A stretch of 64,000 bases of DNA. Source: an uncultured Chromatiales bacterium. GTDB taxonomy: Bacteria > Pseudomonadota > Gammaproteobacteria > Poriferisulfidales > Oxydemutatoraceae. Below, piece after piece: positions 27,211-38,567 of the stretch; the stretch's first letter is position 1, and every line of letters starts with the position of its first letter. The notes below the pieces were generated by a model that saw only the letters and a program-made list of their open reading frames with translations, was not told the origin of the DNA and ran no database searches. The stretch covers positions 34,282 to 98,281 of the forward strand of contig CAYFZO010000005.1 of assembly GCA_964347615.1 (NCBI GenBank). Direction: 5' to 3'. Both the position numbers and the translations under genes were made by a program.

Positions 27211-28503
27211 TCACAACTCGAACCGTTTCGGGTCGGTCAGCAGCCGGCAGTAGTGCGTCAGAAAGCGGGCGGCGTCGGCACCGTTGATGACGCGATGGTC
27301 GTAGGAGAGGTCGAGCGGCAGCAGCAGACGGGGAATGAACCGCTCGCCGCCCCACACCGGGCTTGTGCGCGTGCGCGAGACGCCGAGCACGGCGACCTCG
27401 GGCGCGTTGACAATCGGGGAGAACCCCACGCCGCCGATGCCGCCGAGGTTGGTGATCGTGATGCAGGCACCTTCGACGTCGTCGCGACGCAGCTGAGCGT
27501 TGCGCGCACGCACGCTGAGATCGTGAACCGCGCGTGCGACGTCGAACACGCCGCGTCGGTCGGCGTCGCGCAAGACCGGAGCAATCAGCCCTTGCGACGT
27601 GTCCACCGCGATTGCGACGTGGCAATAGCGCTTGTAAATCAGCGTGTTCTCGTCTTCGTTCAACGAGGCGTTGAACTTCGGGAAATCGACCAGCGCGTCG
27701 GCGAGCGCACGAATCAGGAAAGGCAGCAGCGTCAGTTTGACGTGCTTGCTCTCGGCCTGGTTCTTCAGCGTTGCACGAAAGGCTTCGAGGTCGGTCACGT
27801 CAGCCTCGTCATGCTGCGTCACGTGCGGCACGTTCAACCACGAACGTTTGACGCGCGCCGCCGATAGCTTGTCTATGCGCCCGACGGGAATCTCTTCGAT
27901 TTCGCCGAAAGCCGAGAAGTCGGGGAGCGGAATTGCCGGTGCCGCGGCACCCTGTCCCGACGGACTCGACAGCACCTCACGGGCGAACCGCCGGACGTCT
28001 TCTTTCAGGATGCGCCCGCTCGGGCCCGAACCTTTGACCCGGACGAGGTTCACCCCAAGCTCGCGCGCGAACTGGCGCACGGCGGGACTCGCGTGCACCT
28101 CGCCGTGCGGCGGCGATGCTTCGGCTGATGTCTTGGGCGTCTTCGGCGACGCGCTCCGAGGTACGTCCCGGGGTACGTCCTGGGGTACATCCGAGGACGC
28201 ATCCGGGAGCGCGGTGCGGTCTTGCGTTTCGGCTTCGCGTTTGCCCGCGGGCACGTCGCCCGAAGGCTCGACGGTGGCGAGCAGATCGCCTTCGGACACG
28301 CGATCGCTGAGCTTCACCGCGACCGACGTCACCGTGCCGGCGACGTCCGACGGCACTTCCATTGCCGCTTTGTCGCTTTCGAGCGTGACCAGCGGGTCGT
28401 CCACCTTTACCGCGTCGCCGGGCTCGACCAGCACTTCGATCACTTCGACCGACTCGAAGTCGTCGAGGTCGGGCACACGGATTTCAACGGGGGTTATATG
28501 CAT
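27211..28503 (-). CDS. aceF: Dihydrolipoamide acetyltransferase (E2) with a single lipoyl domain.
   Basis: The lipoyl domain is ...VTLESDKAAMEVPS..., followed by a PSBD and the catalytic domain DHRVINGADAARF. The start is taken at the ATG at 28503 (MHITPVEIRVPD); the track ORF extends to 28581. Confidence 0.9.
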   Translation of the reverse strand: MHITPVEIRVPDLDDFESVEVIEVLVEPGDAVKVDDPLVTLESDKAAMEVPSDVAGTVTSVAVKLSDRVSEGDLLATVEPSGDVPAGKREAETQDRTALPDASSDVPQDVPRDVPRSASPKTPKTSAEASPPHGEVHASPAVRQFARELGVNLVRVKGSGPSGRILKEDVRRFAREVLSSPSGQGAAAPAIPLPDFSAFGEIEEIPVGRIDKLSAARVKRSWLNVPHVTQHDEADVTDLEAFRATLKNQAESKHVKLTLLPFLIRALADALVDFPKFNASLNEDENTLIYKRYCHVAIAVDTSQGLIAPVLRDADRRGVFDVARAVHDLSVRARNAQLRRDDVEGACITITNLGGIGGVGFSPIVNAPEVAVLGVSRTRTSPVWGGERFIPRLLLPLDLSYDHRVINGADAARFLTHYCRLLTDPKRFEL

Positions 28504-29077
28504 AAAGTCCACATAGGCGGTTCCGGTGCGAAAGTCTACCGCACAATCCGTTATCGAAAGGCGGCATGGAAGAATCTCCAAAAAAACGAGAGCGGTTTGT
28601 CGAAGCTCAGGTACGAACCGGCAGTGCTGGGTGTCAACCCGGAGGACGTGGTGCCGACTCAGCGGGGCCGCAGCACAGAGTTCGAGATGAAGATAACCCC
28701 ATCGTTGATTGTAGGTCGCACAACGACCGGCGACGCTGAGCCTTTTGAGAGAGGGCTTCGATTTTGGCGGCGGGAACGTGCGCCATCAAGTTGTCTTGAG
28801 CTCGGGCAACGCGAGAGAAACAGGTGACGAGTCGAGACGACGGCGGGTTATCGGAAACACGGCGCATCCGACTATGGCAGGGGCGGAATCGCACGGCGTA
28901 ACCTTGAGAATCAAGGTGCTCTTGGAAGGCGCGCCGGAGTAACTCCTCGGTGCTGAAGCGAATTCAGTACGCCAAGTCTCACGTCCGGGCCTCACATCCA
29001 GGAAAGGCGCACTCAAGCGCGGGGTATAATCAAGCCCGGCAAAAGCTCAAACAGGCTTTCATTACCAAGAGACAAAA

Positions 29078-29278
29078 ATGACCAAACAAGAAAAAATCCG
29101 CAGGATGCTCGAGTTGCAGAAGAAATTCATCGCCAAAGAACACGAAAGCGGTGTGACGATGGAAGAATACTTCGTGCCGGGCGACGATTCACCGCTGAGA
29201 GGCTACCGGGAAGAGTACATGAAGCTCGCGATGGAAGTGGTGGACGACGCACACGGGGAAGTCGGCTCCCACCGCTGA
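29078..29278 (+). CDS. Small hypothetical protein (66 aa).
   Basis: MTKQEKIRRMLELQKKFIAKEHESG... A TATAAT hexamer lies about 55 nt upstream. Confidence 0.4.
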   Translation: MTKQEKIRRMLELQKKFIAKEHESGVTMEEYFVPGDDSPLRGYREEYMKLAMEVVDDAHGEVGSHR

Positions 29279-29333
29279 GGTTCAGACCGCCGCGTGCCGG
29301 CGCCGCGGCGGCGCGTGCAACCGCGCAAGCCGG

Positions 29334-29681
29334 ATGAAGTTAAGAATCACAATCAGCGGGAAAACGTATCCGGTCGAAGTGCCGGAATCCCTGCTCGAAG
29401 AGGCACGGGACTTCTTCCGCAAGCTCGACCGCGATATGGACTGCGGCTACCAGATGAGCCGGCGGTGGGTTGAAAAGCCGAACGTCGAACAGCGCTGTCA
29501 GATCGTCGCCGACCGAATCCTTACCGCGATGCATAAAAAGAACCAGGCAATGGTCGGTCTCGGCAGTGCCTACATTCTGCAGCGTATGCCGGGCATCCGC
29601 CACGTGCGCATCGACACCTCCGGCGACATGACGCAAACGCTGTTCGAGTTCGAAGCGCCGAGCGACGATTCCGCCGGGTAA
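29334..29681 (+). CDS. Hypothetical protein (115 aa).
   Basis: MKLRITISGKTYPVEVPESLLEEARDFF... No family recognised. Confidence 0.45.
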   Translation: MKLRITISGKTYPVEVPESLLEEARDFFRKLDRDMDCGYQMSRRWVEKPNVEQRCQIVADRILTAMHKKNQAMVGLGSAYILQRMPGIRHVRIDTSGDMTQTLFEFEAPSDDSAG

Positions 29682-29684
29682 CGC

Positions 29685-30947
29685 TTATCCGGGAATCGTC
29701 TCGCCCGCGGTCAAATCGTCGAGCGTCTCCCTGCCGCGAATCAGCCGGGCCTTGCCGTCGCCAATGAGCACCTCGGCGGGACGCGGGCGCGAATTGTAGT
29801 TGCCCGACATCGAAAATCCGTAGGCCCCCGCGGTCAACACCGCGACCAAGTCGCCTTCGTTCAGCGCGAGCTCGCGACCGCGGGTGATGACGTCGGCGCT
29901 TTCGCACACGGGTCCCACCACGTCGTAACGCCGCAGCTCGGCGGACGGGTCGGGCGCGACGGCGACGACGCGGTGGCGCGCGTCGTAGAGCGCGGGGCGC
30001 AACAAATCATTCATCGCGGCGTCCACCACCGCGAAGTTGCAGTGGCTTCCGGTCTTCAGATACAGCACGCGCGTGAGCAACACACCCGCTTCGGCGACCA
30101 ACGCGCGCCCCGGCTCGATCAAAACCTCCCACGGGCAATCGCCGATTGCCGCGAGCGTGCTCGACACGTAGTCGGCGGGCGACGGCGGCTGTTCACCGTC
30201 GTAGGCGACGCCGAGACCGCCGCCGAGGTCGAGATGACGAATCTTGACGCCGCCGCTCTCGAGTTCGCGCGCGAACTCCAATACGCGCTGGAATGCTTCG
30301 GAGAACGGCCCGAGCGTGGTGATCTGCGAGCCGATGTGGCAGCTGACGCCGACTACCTCGAGCGCGCCGCTTATCGCGGCCGAACGATACAACGCCGTCG
30401 CCTCGGCAGCCGCCACGCCGAACTTGTTTTCCTTCAGCCCGGTCGTGACGTGGGCATGGGTCTCGGCGTCAACGTCGGGGTTGACGCGCAACGAGACCGG
30501 CGCGACCTTGCCCGCGTTACGGGCGCAGCTTTCAATCAGCTTCAGCTCGGAAGCCGACTCGACGTTGAAGCAGCGGATACCCGCCGCAAGCGCGCGCTCG
30601 ATCTCGTCGCGACGTTTGCCGAGACCGGAGAACACGACGCGAGACGGGTCGCCGCCCGCGCGCAACACGCGCTCGAGTTCGCCGCCCGAGACGACGTCGA
30701 AACCGCTGCCGAGACGGGCGAATACGTCGAGCACCGCGATATTGGAGCAGGCTTTGACCGCGTAGCAGACCAGATGCTTGCGCTCGCCGAACGCACGGTC
30801 GAAGTCCCGCCACCGTTCGACCATCGCCGCACGAGAATAGACGTAGGTCGGGGTTGAGAACCCGCGCGCGACGTCGTCCAACGCGACGCCGTCCATCGTC
30901 ACGCCGCGCTCACCGGTCTTTAATGAGGAAGGCAATGAGTCGTCCAT
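29685..30947 (-). CDS. lysA: Diaminopimelate decarboxylase.
   Basis: YVYSRAAMVERWRDF...CYAVKACSN (PLP-lysine region)...HIGSQ...EPGRALVAEAG. The start is taken at the ATG at 30947, 2 nt after the lptM stop; the track ORF over-extends to 31100. Confidence 0.9.
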   Translation of the reverse strand: MDDSLPSSLKTGERGVTMDGVALDDVARGFSTPTYVYSRAAMVERWRDFDRAFGERKHLVCYAVKACSNIAVLDVFARLGSGFDVVSGGELERVLRAGGDPSRVVFSGLGKRRDEIERALAAGIRCFNVESASELKLIESCARNAGKVAPVSLRVNPDVDAETHAHVTTGLKENKFGVAAAEATALYRSAAISGALEVVGVSCHIGSQITTLGPFSEAFQRVLEFARELESGGVKIRHLDLGGGLGVAYDGEQPPSPADYVSSTLAAIGDCPWEVLIEPGRALVAEAGVLLTRVLYLKTGSHCNFAVVDAAMNDLLRPALYDARHRVVAVAPDPSAELRRYDVVGPVCESADVITRGRELALNEGDLVAVLTAGAYGFSMSGNYNSRPRPAEVLIGDGKARLIRGRETLDDLTAGETIPG

Positions 30948-30949
30948 CT

Positions 30950-31081
30950 TCAGCGCCGCTCGGAGGCTTCGGCGGGCGCCTCGGACGGCAGGTAAAGGTC
31001 GCCGCGCTGCCCGCACGCACAAAGCAAAACGCAAATCGCCGCGACCCGCAACCAGCCGCAAGAAGCCACCAAGGTTTTCAT
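30950..31081 (-). CDS. lptM: Small lipoprotein LptM/YifL-like (43 aa).
   Basis: MKTLVASCGWLRVAAICVLLCACGQRGDLYLPSEAPAEASERR has a lipobox-like LLCAC followed by the LptM signature G.LYLP. It is found by reading a frame different from the long track ORF. It sits upstream of lysA, the conserved position. Confidence 0.6.
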   Translation of the reverse strand: MKTLVASCGWLRVAAICVLLCACGQRGDLYLPSEAPAEASERR

Positions 31082-31428
31082 TATGCGGTGAGTTTATCAC
31101 CGCACCTGTCTCGGTTCGTCCGGAGACGTACTCGGACGCGTTCCGTACTCCGCGAGGTTCAAAAGCCCCCTCAAATCAAACCCCTGGACTTTCCGAAACC
31201 GTGTCGTAACTTCAAGGGTGATCTGACCGGCGACCGGCGTCGGTGAAACTTCCGCGGAGTAAAAAGCGGACGGATGGACCGCCGCATCGTCGCTGAGGTT
31301 TCAGACCGCGTGAACCGCTTCATCACGTTGGATTTATCCGAGCGATAACTTGGGCTATTCATTGCAAAGCGAGAAAACTCCCGCTAACATTCGCGGAATC
31401 AGCTCGCAACGGCCATTGGAGAAATCAA

Positions 31429-32394
31429 GTGAACTCGACGCACAAGACCGCGGTGCTTTCGTCCGTTTTCCTGGCGACGGCGCTTGCCCAGACCGCGGCG
31501 GCAGACATGCACAGCAGAGAAAGCGCGTACGTCGGGATTGATTTAGGCGTTGCCGAACAGGAGGAGGTAACACTGAACATGCGCGACAACGACGTCCCGA
31601 CCAGATGCGACCAGGTGCTGAGGGAGAGCCACCCAGGTGCAACCGGTTTTATGGACATCAGCGTCGCGTCGCTTGCTGATGAAAACGGTTGCAAACGCGG
31701 ACAAGACGTGTGGAGTCGCCGGCACGACGTTGGCACCGGCTTCGTCGCCGGTCTTCAAGCGGGGCACATGTTCGGGGATTTCCGTGCCGAAGTCGAATAC
31801 CTTTACCGCAACCACTCCAGCGGCGGAAGAAGAAGCAATTCGGACGTTACCCCCACAACGGCCGAACTGGTCAGCGACGAGCAGGGATTAGACGGTCTCT
31901 CAAGCCACAGTATTTTCGCCAACCTGTACTACGACCTCACGAACAGCTCCCGGTTCACGCCGTACATCGGCGCGGGCATCGGGTTCTCAAGGATCGACTA
32001 CGTCTTCGACGCCTTATACCAAAGAAACAACAACCCCGACAGCTTCGGGGCGGCCACGCCCGCCGTGGCCGCCGGCACCACGACCGACACCGACGATGAG
32101 TTAAGCGACGAGGTCTTCGGCTATCAACTCATGGTCGGCTCGGACTACGCGATAGACGAAAACTGGAGCATCGGCCTGAAGCTCCGCTACCAGCATTTCG
32201 ACGACCCCGAGGACTCATCCCGATGGGACCGGCTCAGAAGCCACGACTCCGAAATCGCCGACGGCCGGAGCCTGGAGAGAATAAGAAACAGCGACCCGAG
32301 CCTTGCCGACTTCGACCCCACGGTCACCTACCACGTCGAAGTGGAAGACATTGAAGTCTGGGCCGCCTCGTTGAACCTGAAATACAAATTCTGA
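31429..32394 (+). CDS. Outer-membrane beta-barrel protein, paralog 2.
   Basis: The signal peptide is MNSTHKTAVLSSVFLATALAQTAAA. It shares VPTRCDQVLR, RAEVEYLYR, FANLYYD, FTPYIGAGIGF, DDELSDEVFGYQLMVGSDYAIDENWSIGLKLRYQ and SRWDRLRSH with paralogs 1 and 3. The C-terminus is ...LNLKYKF. Confidence 0.75.
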   Translation: MNSTHKTAVLSSVFLATALAQTAAADMHSRESAYVGIDLGVAEQEEVTLNMRDNDVPTRCDQVLRESHPGATGFMDISVASLADENGCKRGQDVWSRRHDVGTGFVAGLQAGHMFGDFRAEVEYLYRNHSSGGRRSNSDVTPTTAELVSDEQGLDGLSSHSIFANLYYDLTNSSRFTPYIGAGIGFSRIDYVFDALYQRNNNPDSFGAATPAVAAGTTTDTDDELSDEVFGYQLMVGSDYAIDENWSIGLKLRYQHFDDPEDSSRWDRLRSHDSEIADGRSLERIRNSDPSLADFDPTVTYHVEVEDIEVWAASLNLKYKF

Positions 32395-32526
32395 ACCGAG
32401 GCACGCATAATTCACCCTCAACAGCGCGCTCGTTCAAGCGATAATCGGGGCAACCCGTTGACAAAACACGGAAATTCCCTTTAGGATTCACGAGCTTACC
32501 CACGAACAACCACAAGGAGGAACATT

Positions 32527-33441
32527 ATGAGCTTGACACACAAAACCAGTTTGCTTCTATCCGTTTTCCTCGCGGCGACGCTCGCTCAGCCCGCAACGGC
32601 CGGCATGCACGACAGGGAAGGCATGTATCTCGGTCTCGAGCTGGGGGTCGCCGAACAGGACGACGTTCGACTCAACGGTAGCGACAACGACGTCCCGACC
32701 AGATGCGACCAAGTGCTGAGGGCAATCCCGGGCGCAACAGGCTTCCTGGATCTAAGCAACGCTGATTGTGCCCGCGGACAAGATACATGGCACAACAGGG
32801 TTGACGTCGGAACCGGCGTCATCGCCGGTCTTCAAGCAGGTTGGATGCTCGGGCACTTCCGCGCCGAAGTCGAATACCTTTACCGTGCCCACTCCGACGG
32901 GGAGAGAAAGAACATCGCGGGGATTCTGGGCGGCAAGGACGCCGAATTGGTCGCCGGTCTGCAAGGGTTGGATAAGCTCTCAAGCCACAGCGTCTTCGCC
33001 AATCTGTACTACGACTTCATGAGCGACTCCAGGTTCACGCCGTACATCGGCGCAGGCATCGGGTTTTCAGAAATTGACTTCACTTACGATGCCTTATTCC
33101 AAAGAAACAATGACCCTGCCAAGCTCGGTCCCACGACGCCCGACGTGGCCGCCGGCACCACCACCGACACCGACGATGAGTTAAGCGACAACGTTTTCGG
33201 CTATCAACTCATGGTCGGCTCGGACTACGCGATAGACGAAAACTGGAGCATCGGCCTGAAGCTACGCTACCAGGATTTCGACGACGTCAAGGATTCAGCC
33301 CGATGGGATCGCCTCAGAGGCCACGCCTCCGTGATACAGAACGAAGACAACCCCAATCCCGAGGATTATGTCACATACAAGATCAAAACCGACGACATAG
33401 AGGTCTGGGCCGCTTCGCTGAATCTGAAATACAGGTTCTGA
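32527..33441 (+). CDS. Outer-membrane beta-barrel protein, paralog 3.
   Basis: The signal peptide is MSLTHKTSLLLSVFLAATLAQPATA. It has the same motif set as paralog 2 (about 65% identity by eye). The C-terminus is ...LNLKYRF. Confidence 0.75.
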   Translation: MSLTHKTSLLLSVFLAATLAQPATAGMHDREGMYLGLELGVAEQDDVRLNGSDNDVPTRCDQVLRAIPGATGFLDLSNADCARGQDTWHNRVDVGTGVIAGLQAGWMLGHFRAEVEYLYRAHSDGERKNIAGILGGKDAELVAGLQGLDKLSSHSVFANLYYDFMSDSRFTPYIGAGIGFSEIDFTYDALFQRNNDPAKLGPTTPDVAAGTTTDTDDELSDNVFGYQLMVGSDYAIDENWSIGLKLRYQDFDDVKDSARWDRLRGHASVIQNEDNPNPEDYVTYKIKTDDIEVWAASLNLKYRF

Positions 33442-33530
33442 ACCGAGACGCATGATTGACAAAGGCGCGCCGACCCCTCATAGTGCGCGCCTCGTTTTAA
33501 CCCGCTTCACTACAAGTCAGGAACAAGGCA

Positions 33531-33794
33531 GTGGCAAATACCCCGTCAGCCGGCAAACGGGCACGGCAAAGCGAACGGCGCAGACAACACAACGCAAGCC
33601 TGCGTTCGCGCATGCGCACCCGCATCAAGCAGGTGTTGAAAGCCGTCGCAAGCGGCGAGCGCGAGCAAGCGCAAGCGGCTTACCGGCAAGCGACGTCGTT
33701 GATCGACTCAGGCGTCGGCAAAGGGTTGTTGCATAAAGGCAAGGCGAACCGTCAGAAAAGCCGTCTCAACGCGCACGTGCGCGACATGGCCTGA
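33531..33794 (+). CDS. rpsT: 30S ribosomal protein S20.
   Basis: MANTPSAGKRARQSERRRQHNASLRSRMRTRIKQV...GLLHKGKANRQKSRL is collinear with E. coli S20. Confidence 0.95.
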   Translation: MANTPSAGKRARQSERRRQHNASLRSRMRTRIKQVLKAVASGEREQAQAAYRQATSLIDSGVGKGLLHKGKANRQKSRLNAHVRDMA

Positions 33795-33905
33795 GCACGC
33801 CCGACCAACGCGCCAAAACCAAACCCGCCAGCACCCGCCAACCCCGCCGACCCCGCCGACCCCACCAAACTGGGGGCAAACCGGAAACGCCGCACGCGGC
33901 ACCCG

Positions 33906-36436
<2,531 letters not shown>

Positions 36437-36457
36437 GAGTTGCGTCTCCGTTGCTCG

Positions 36458-36769
36458 TTATCTCTTCAGGTCGGTAATGAGCACTTCGGTGTACGCTTGG
36501 CAATGGCCTTGACGACGCATGTATGACTTGCGCCGGCGAAACTTGAGCACCTCGATCTTGTCGCCGCGGCCGTGGGAGATGACCTCGCCGACGACCTTGC
36601 CGCCTTCAAGATACGGTGCCCCGACGTCGAGATTCCCGTCGCTCTCGACCAGCAGGACTTTGTCGAAATCCACGGACTGACCCGCCTCCGCCTCGAGCTT
36701 CTCGACGCGGATGACGTCGCCTTTGCTGACGCGGTATTGCTTGCCGCCGGTTGCGATGACTGCATACAT
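36458..36769 (-). CDS. rplU: 50S ribosomal protein L21.
   Basis: MYAVIATGGKQYRVSKGDVIRVEKL... The start is taken at the ATG at 36769. Confidence 0.95.
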   Translation of the reverse strand: MYAVIATGGKQYRVSKGDVIRVEKLEAEAGQSVDFDKVLLVESDGNLDVGAPYLEGGKVVGEVISHGRGDKIEVLKFRRRKSYMRRQGHCQAYTEVLITDLKR

Positions 36770-36859
36770 GAACGATGACCTGTCCTGAAGAGCGCGTATT
36801 GTAGCGGCGGCGGGCACTGAGTCAATGCGGGACGGGGCTGTCGGGTACCGAACGCGGGA

Positions 36860-38203
36860 CTAATCATGCGCGAGGCGGAAGCCGTAGCCGACCCCGCGCG
36901 TCGGGCGGGTGTCCCAGTCCCGGTTCGCCACCCGCAGGTCTCTGGCGTTGCTGCCCCAGAAGCCGCCGCGGATAACGGCTTTCTCGCAGTCGCCGCCGTG
37001 GCTCGAGGTCCAAGCGCTGCCGTCGGTCGGGGCGCCGTCGTAATTGCCGTGCCAGCAGTCCTCCACCCATTCCCAGACGTTCCCGTGCAAGTCATGCAAT
37101 CCCCACCGGTTCGGCTTATGGCTTCCCGTGCTGACCGGCCCGGCGATCCGGTCGTCATAATTGGCGTGGCGACGAAGCCTGCCCGCGTCGTCGCCGAAGT
37201 GATACTCGGTCGTGCTCCCCGCGCGCGCCGCGTATTCCCATTCGGCTTCGGTCGGCAGACGGTAACGCTTGCCGGTGCGGTTGTTCAACCAATTTATGTA
37301 TGCTTGGGCGTCGCCCCAGCTGACCGAGACAACGGGGTGATCGCCGCCTTTGGATTCGGAACGCCAATCGTCTCCCGCGTCGTAGCCGGTCGCGGCGATG
37401 AACGCCTCAAACTGAAATTCCATCACTTCGTATTTGCCCAAAGAAAAGGACTCGACGTGGACGGTATGGGCGGGGGCTTCGTCGCTGTCGCCGATGCCTT
37501 GAGCGTCGCCCATGCGGAAGCTGCCCGCAGGCAAAGACACCATCTCATGGGCGGTCTCCGGGTCTTCTTCGTCTTGCTGCACCAGGCCCGAACCGTCGGA
37601 TGAGGTCATACCGGTCTGTGCGGGTTCCCCCTCCTGCTGCGCCGGCGCTTTCGGGGCGTCGGGGGAAGTCATGCCAGCATCGGGCGTTGCCTGCTGCCGC
37701 GTCGCGTCCGCATCGTCCGGCGAAGCGGCATCGGGCTTTGCAGGTTCCTCTTGCTGCACCGAGGCTTTCGGGGCGTCGGAGGAAGTCATGTCGGTGTCAG
37801 GCGTTGCCTGCTGCGTCGCGTCCGTATCGTCCGGCGAAGCAGCATCGGACTTTGCAGGCTCCTCCTGCTGCACCGACGCTTTCGAGGCATCGGGCGTCGG
37901 CTGCTGCTGCGTCGCGTCCGTATCGTCCGGCGAAGCGGCGTCGGACTTCGCGGGTTCCTCTTGCTGCGCCGACGCTTTCGGGGCGTCGGGCGTCGGCTGC
38001 TGCCGCGCTGCGTCCGTATCGCCCGGCGATACGACGTCGTCCTCGACGGGCTCTCCCTTGTCCGGGAGAAACATATAAATACCGGCACCGAGAACCAGCA
38101 GCACCAATGCTGCTACCAACGCTTTTTCGCCCAACGAGAACCTCGCCGGCGAGCCGCCGCGCTTGTTCCCTTCCCCAGCTTTTCCTGTTTGATCTCTCTC
38201 CAT
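36860..38203 (-). CDS. Formylglycine-generating-enzyme (FGE/SUMF1) domain protein with an N-terminal TM anchor and a repetitive acidic linker.
   Basis: The C-terminal FGE-sulfatase fold motifs are LPAGSFRMGD, RLPTEAEWEYAARAG, HDLHGNVWEWVEDCW, GGFW. There is one TM helix (ALVAALVLLVLGAGIYMF) and about 4 tandem ~32-38-aa repeats (SPDDTDATQQQPTPDASKASVQQEEPAKSDAA). Confidence 0.75.
   Translation of the reverse strand: MERDQTGKAGEGNKRGGSPARFSLGEKALVAALVLLVLGAGIYMFLPDKGEPVEDDVVSPGDTDAARQQPTPDAPKASAQQEEPAKSDAASPDDTDATQQQPTPDASKASVQQEEPAKSDAASPDDTDATQQATPDTDMTSSDAPKASVQQEEPAKPDAASPDDADATRQQATPDAGMTSPDAPKAPAQQEGEPAQTGMTSSDGSGLVQQDEEDPETAHEMVSLPAGSFRMGDAQGIGDSDEAPAHTVHVESFSLGKYEVMEFQFEAFIAATGYDAGDDWRSESKGGDHPVVSVSWGDAQAYINWLNNRTGKRYRLPTEAEWEYAARAGSTTEYHFGDDAGRLRRHANYDDRIAGPVSTGSHKPNRWGLHDLHGNVWEWVEDCWHGNYDGAPTDGSAWTSSHGGDCEKAVIRGGFWGSNARDLRVANRDWDTRPTRGVGYGFRLAHD
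37576..38032. repeat. In-frame tandem repeat, about 4 units of 96-114 bp, within the FGE-family gene.
   Basis: The repeated DNA is ...GTCGGCTGCTGC(C/T)GCG(T/C)(C/T)GCGTCCGTATCG(T/C)CCGGCGA(A/T)(G/A)C(G/A)GC(G/A)TCGG... It encodes the Asp/Pro/Thr/Gln-rich units. Confidence 0.7.
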
Positions 38204-38567
38204 GCTTTTACATGCTCTTCATTATTAATCCGGGATTATACATTTATAAACTCTATGTTTGGGTTGTACACAGGCCAATTGAAAGGTGCCAGCCTCTTGG
38301 CTGTCAACCTATACTTCTTTAAATCGGCTCGCGGGCTTGGCGGGGATCGTATAAGCAATAAGGTGTTGCTTCCAACGGGGCGCGAACGGCCTCGTTCAAC
38401 CAGCCCGGTATGGCTTTCTTCGCAAGGGAACCTGACGCAGAAGCAAAAGAACCCGCCGCCTAAGCGCCCCCGGTTGCAACCCCGGGTTGCGACGCCGGCG
38501 ACACCCAAGCCCATGGGTTGTTTCCGCTTCACGCGGCTTCTACCAGACGGAACCGTCAGGCAGATAC

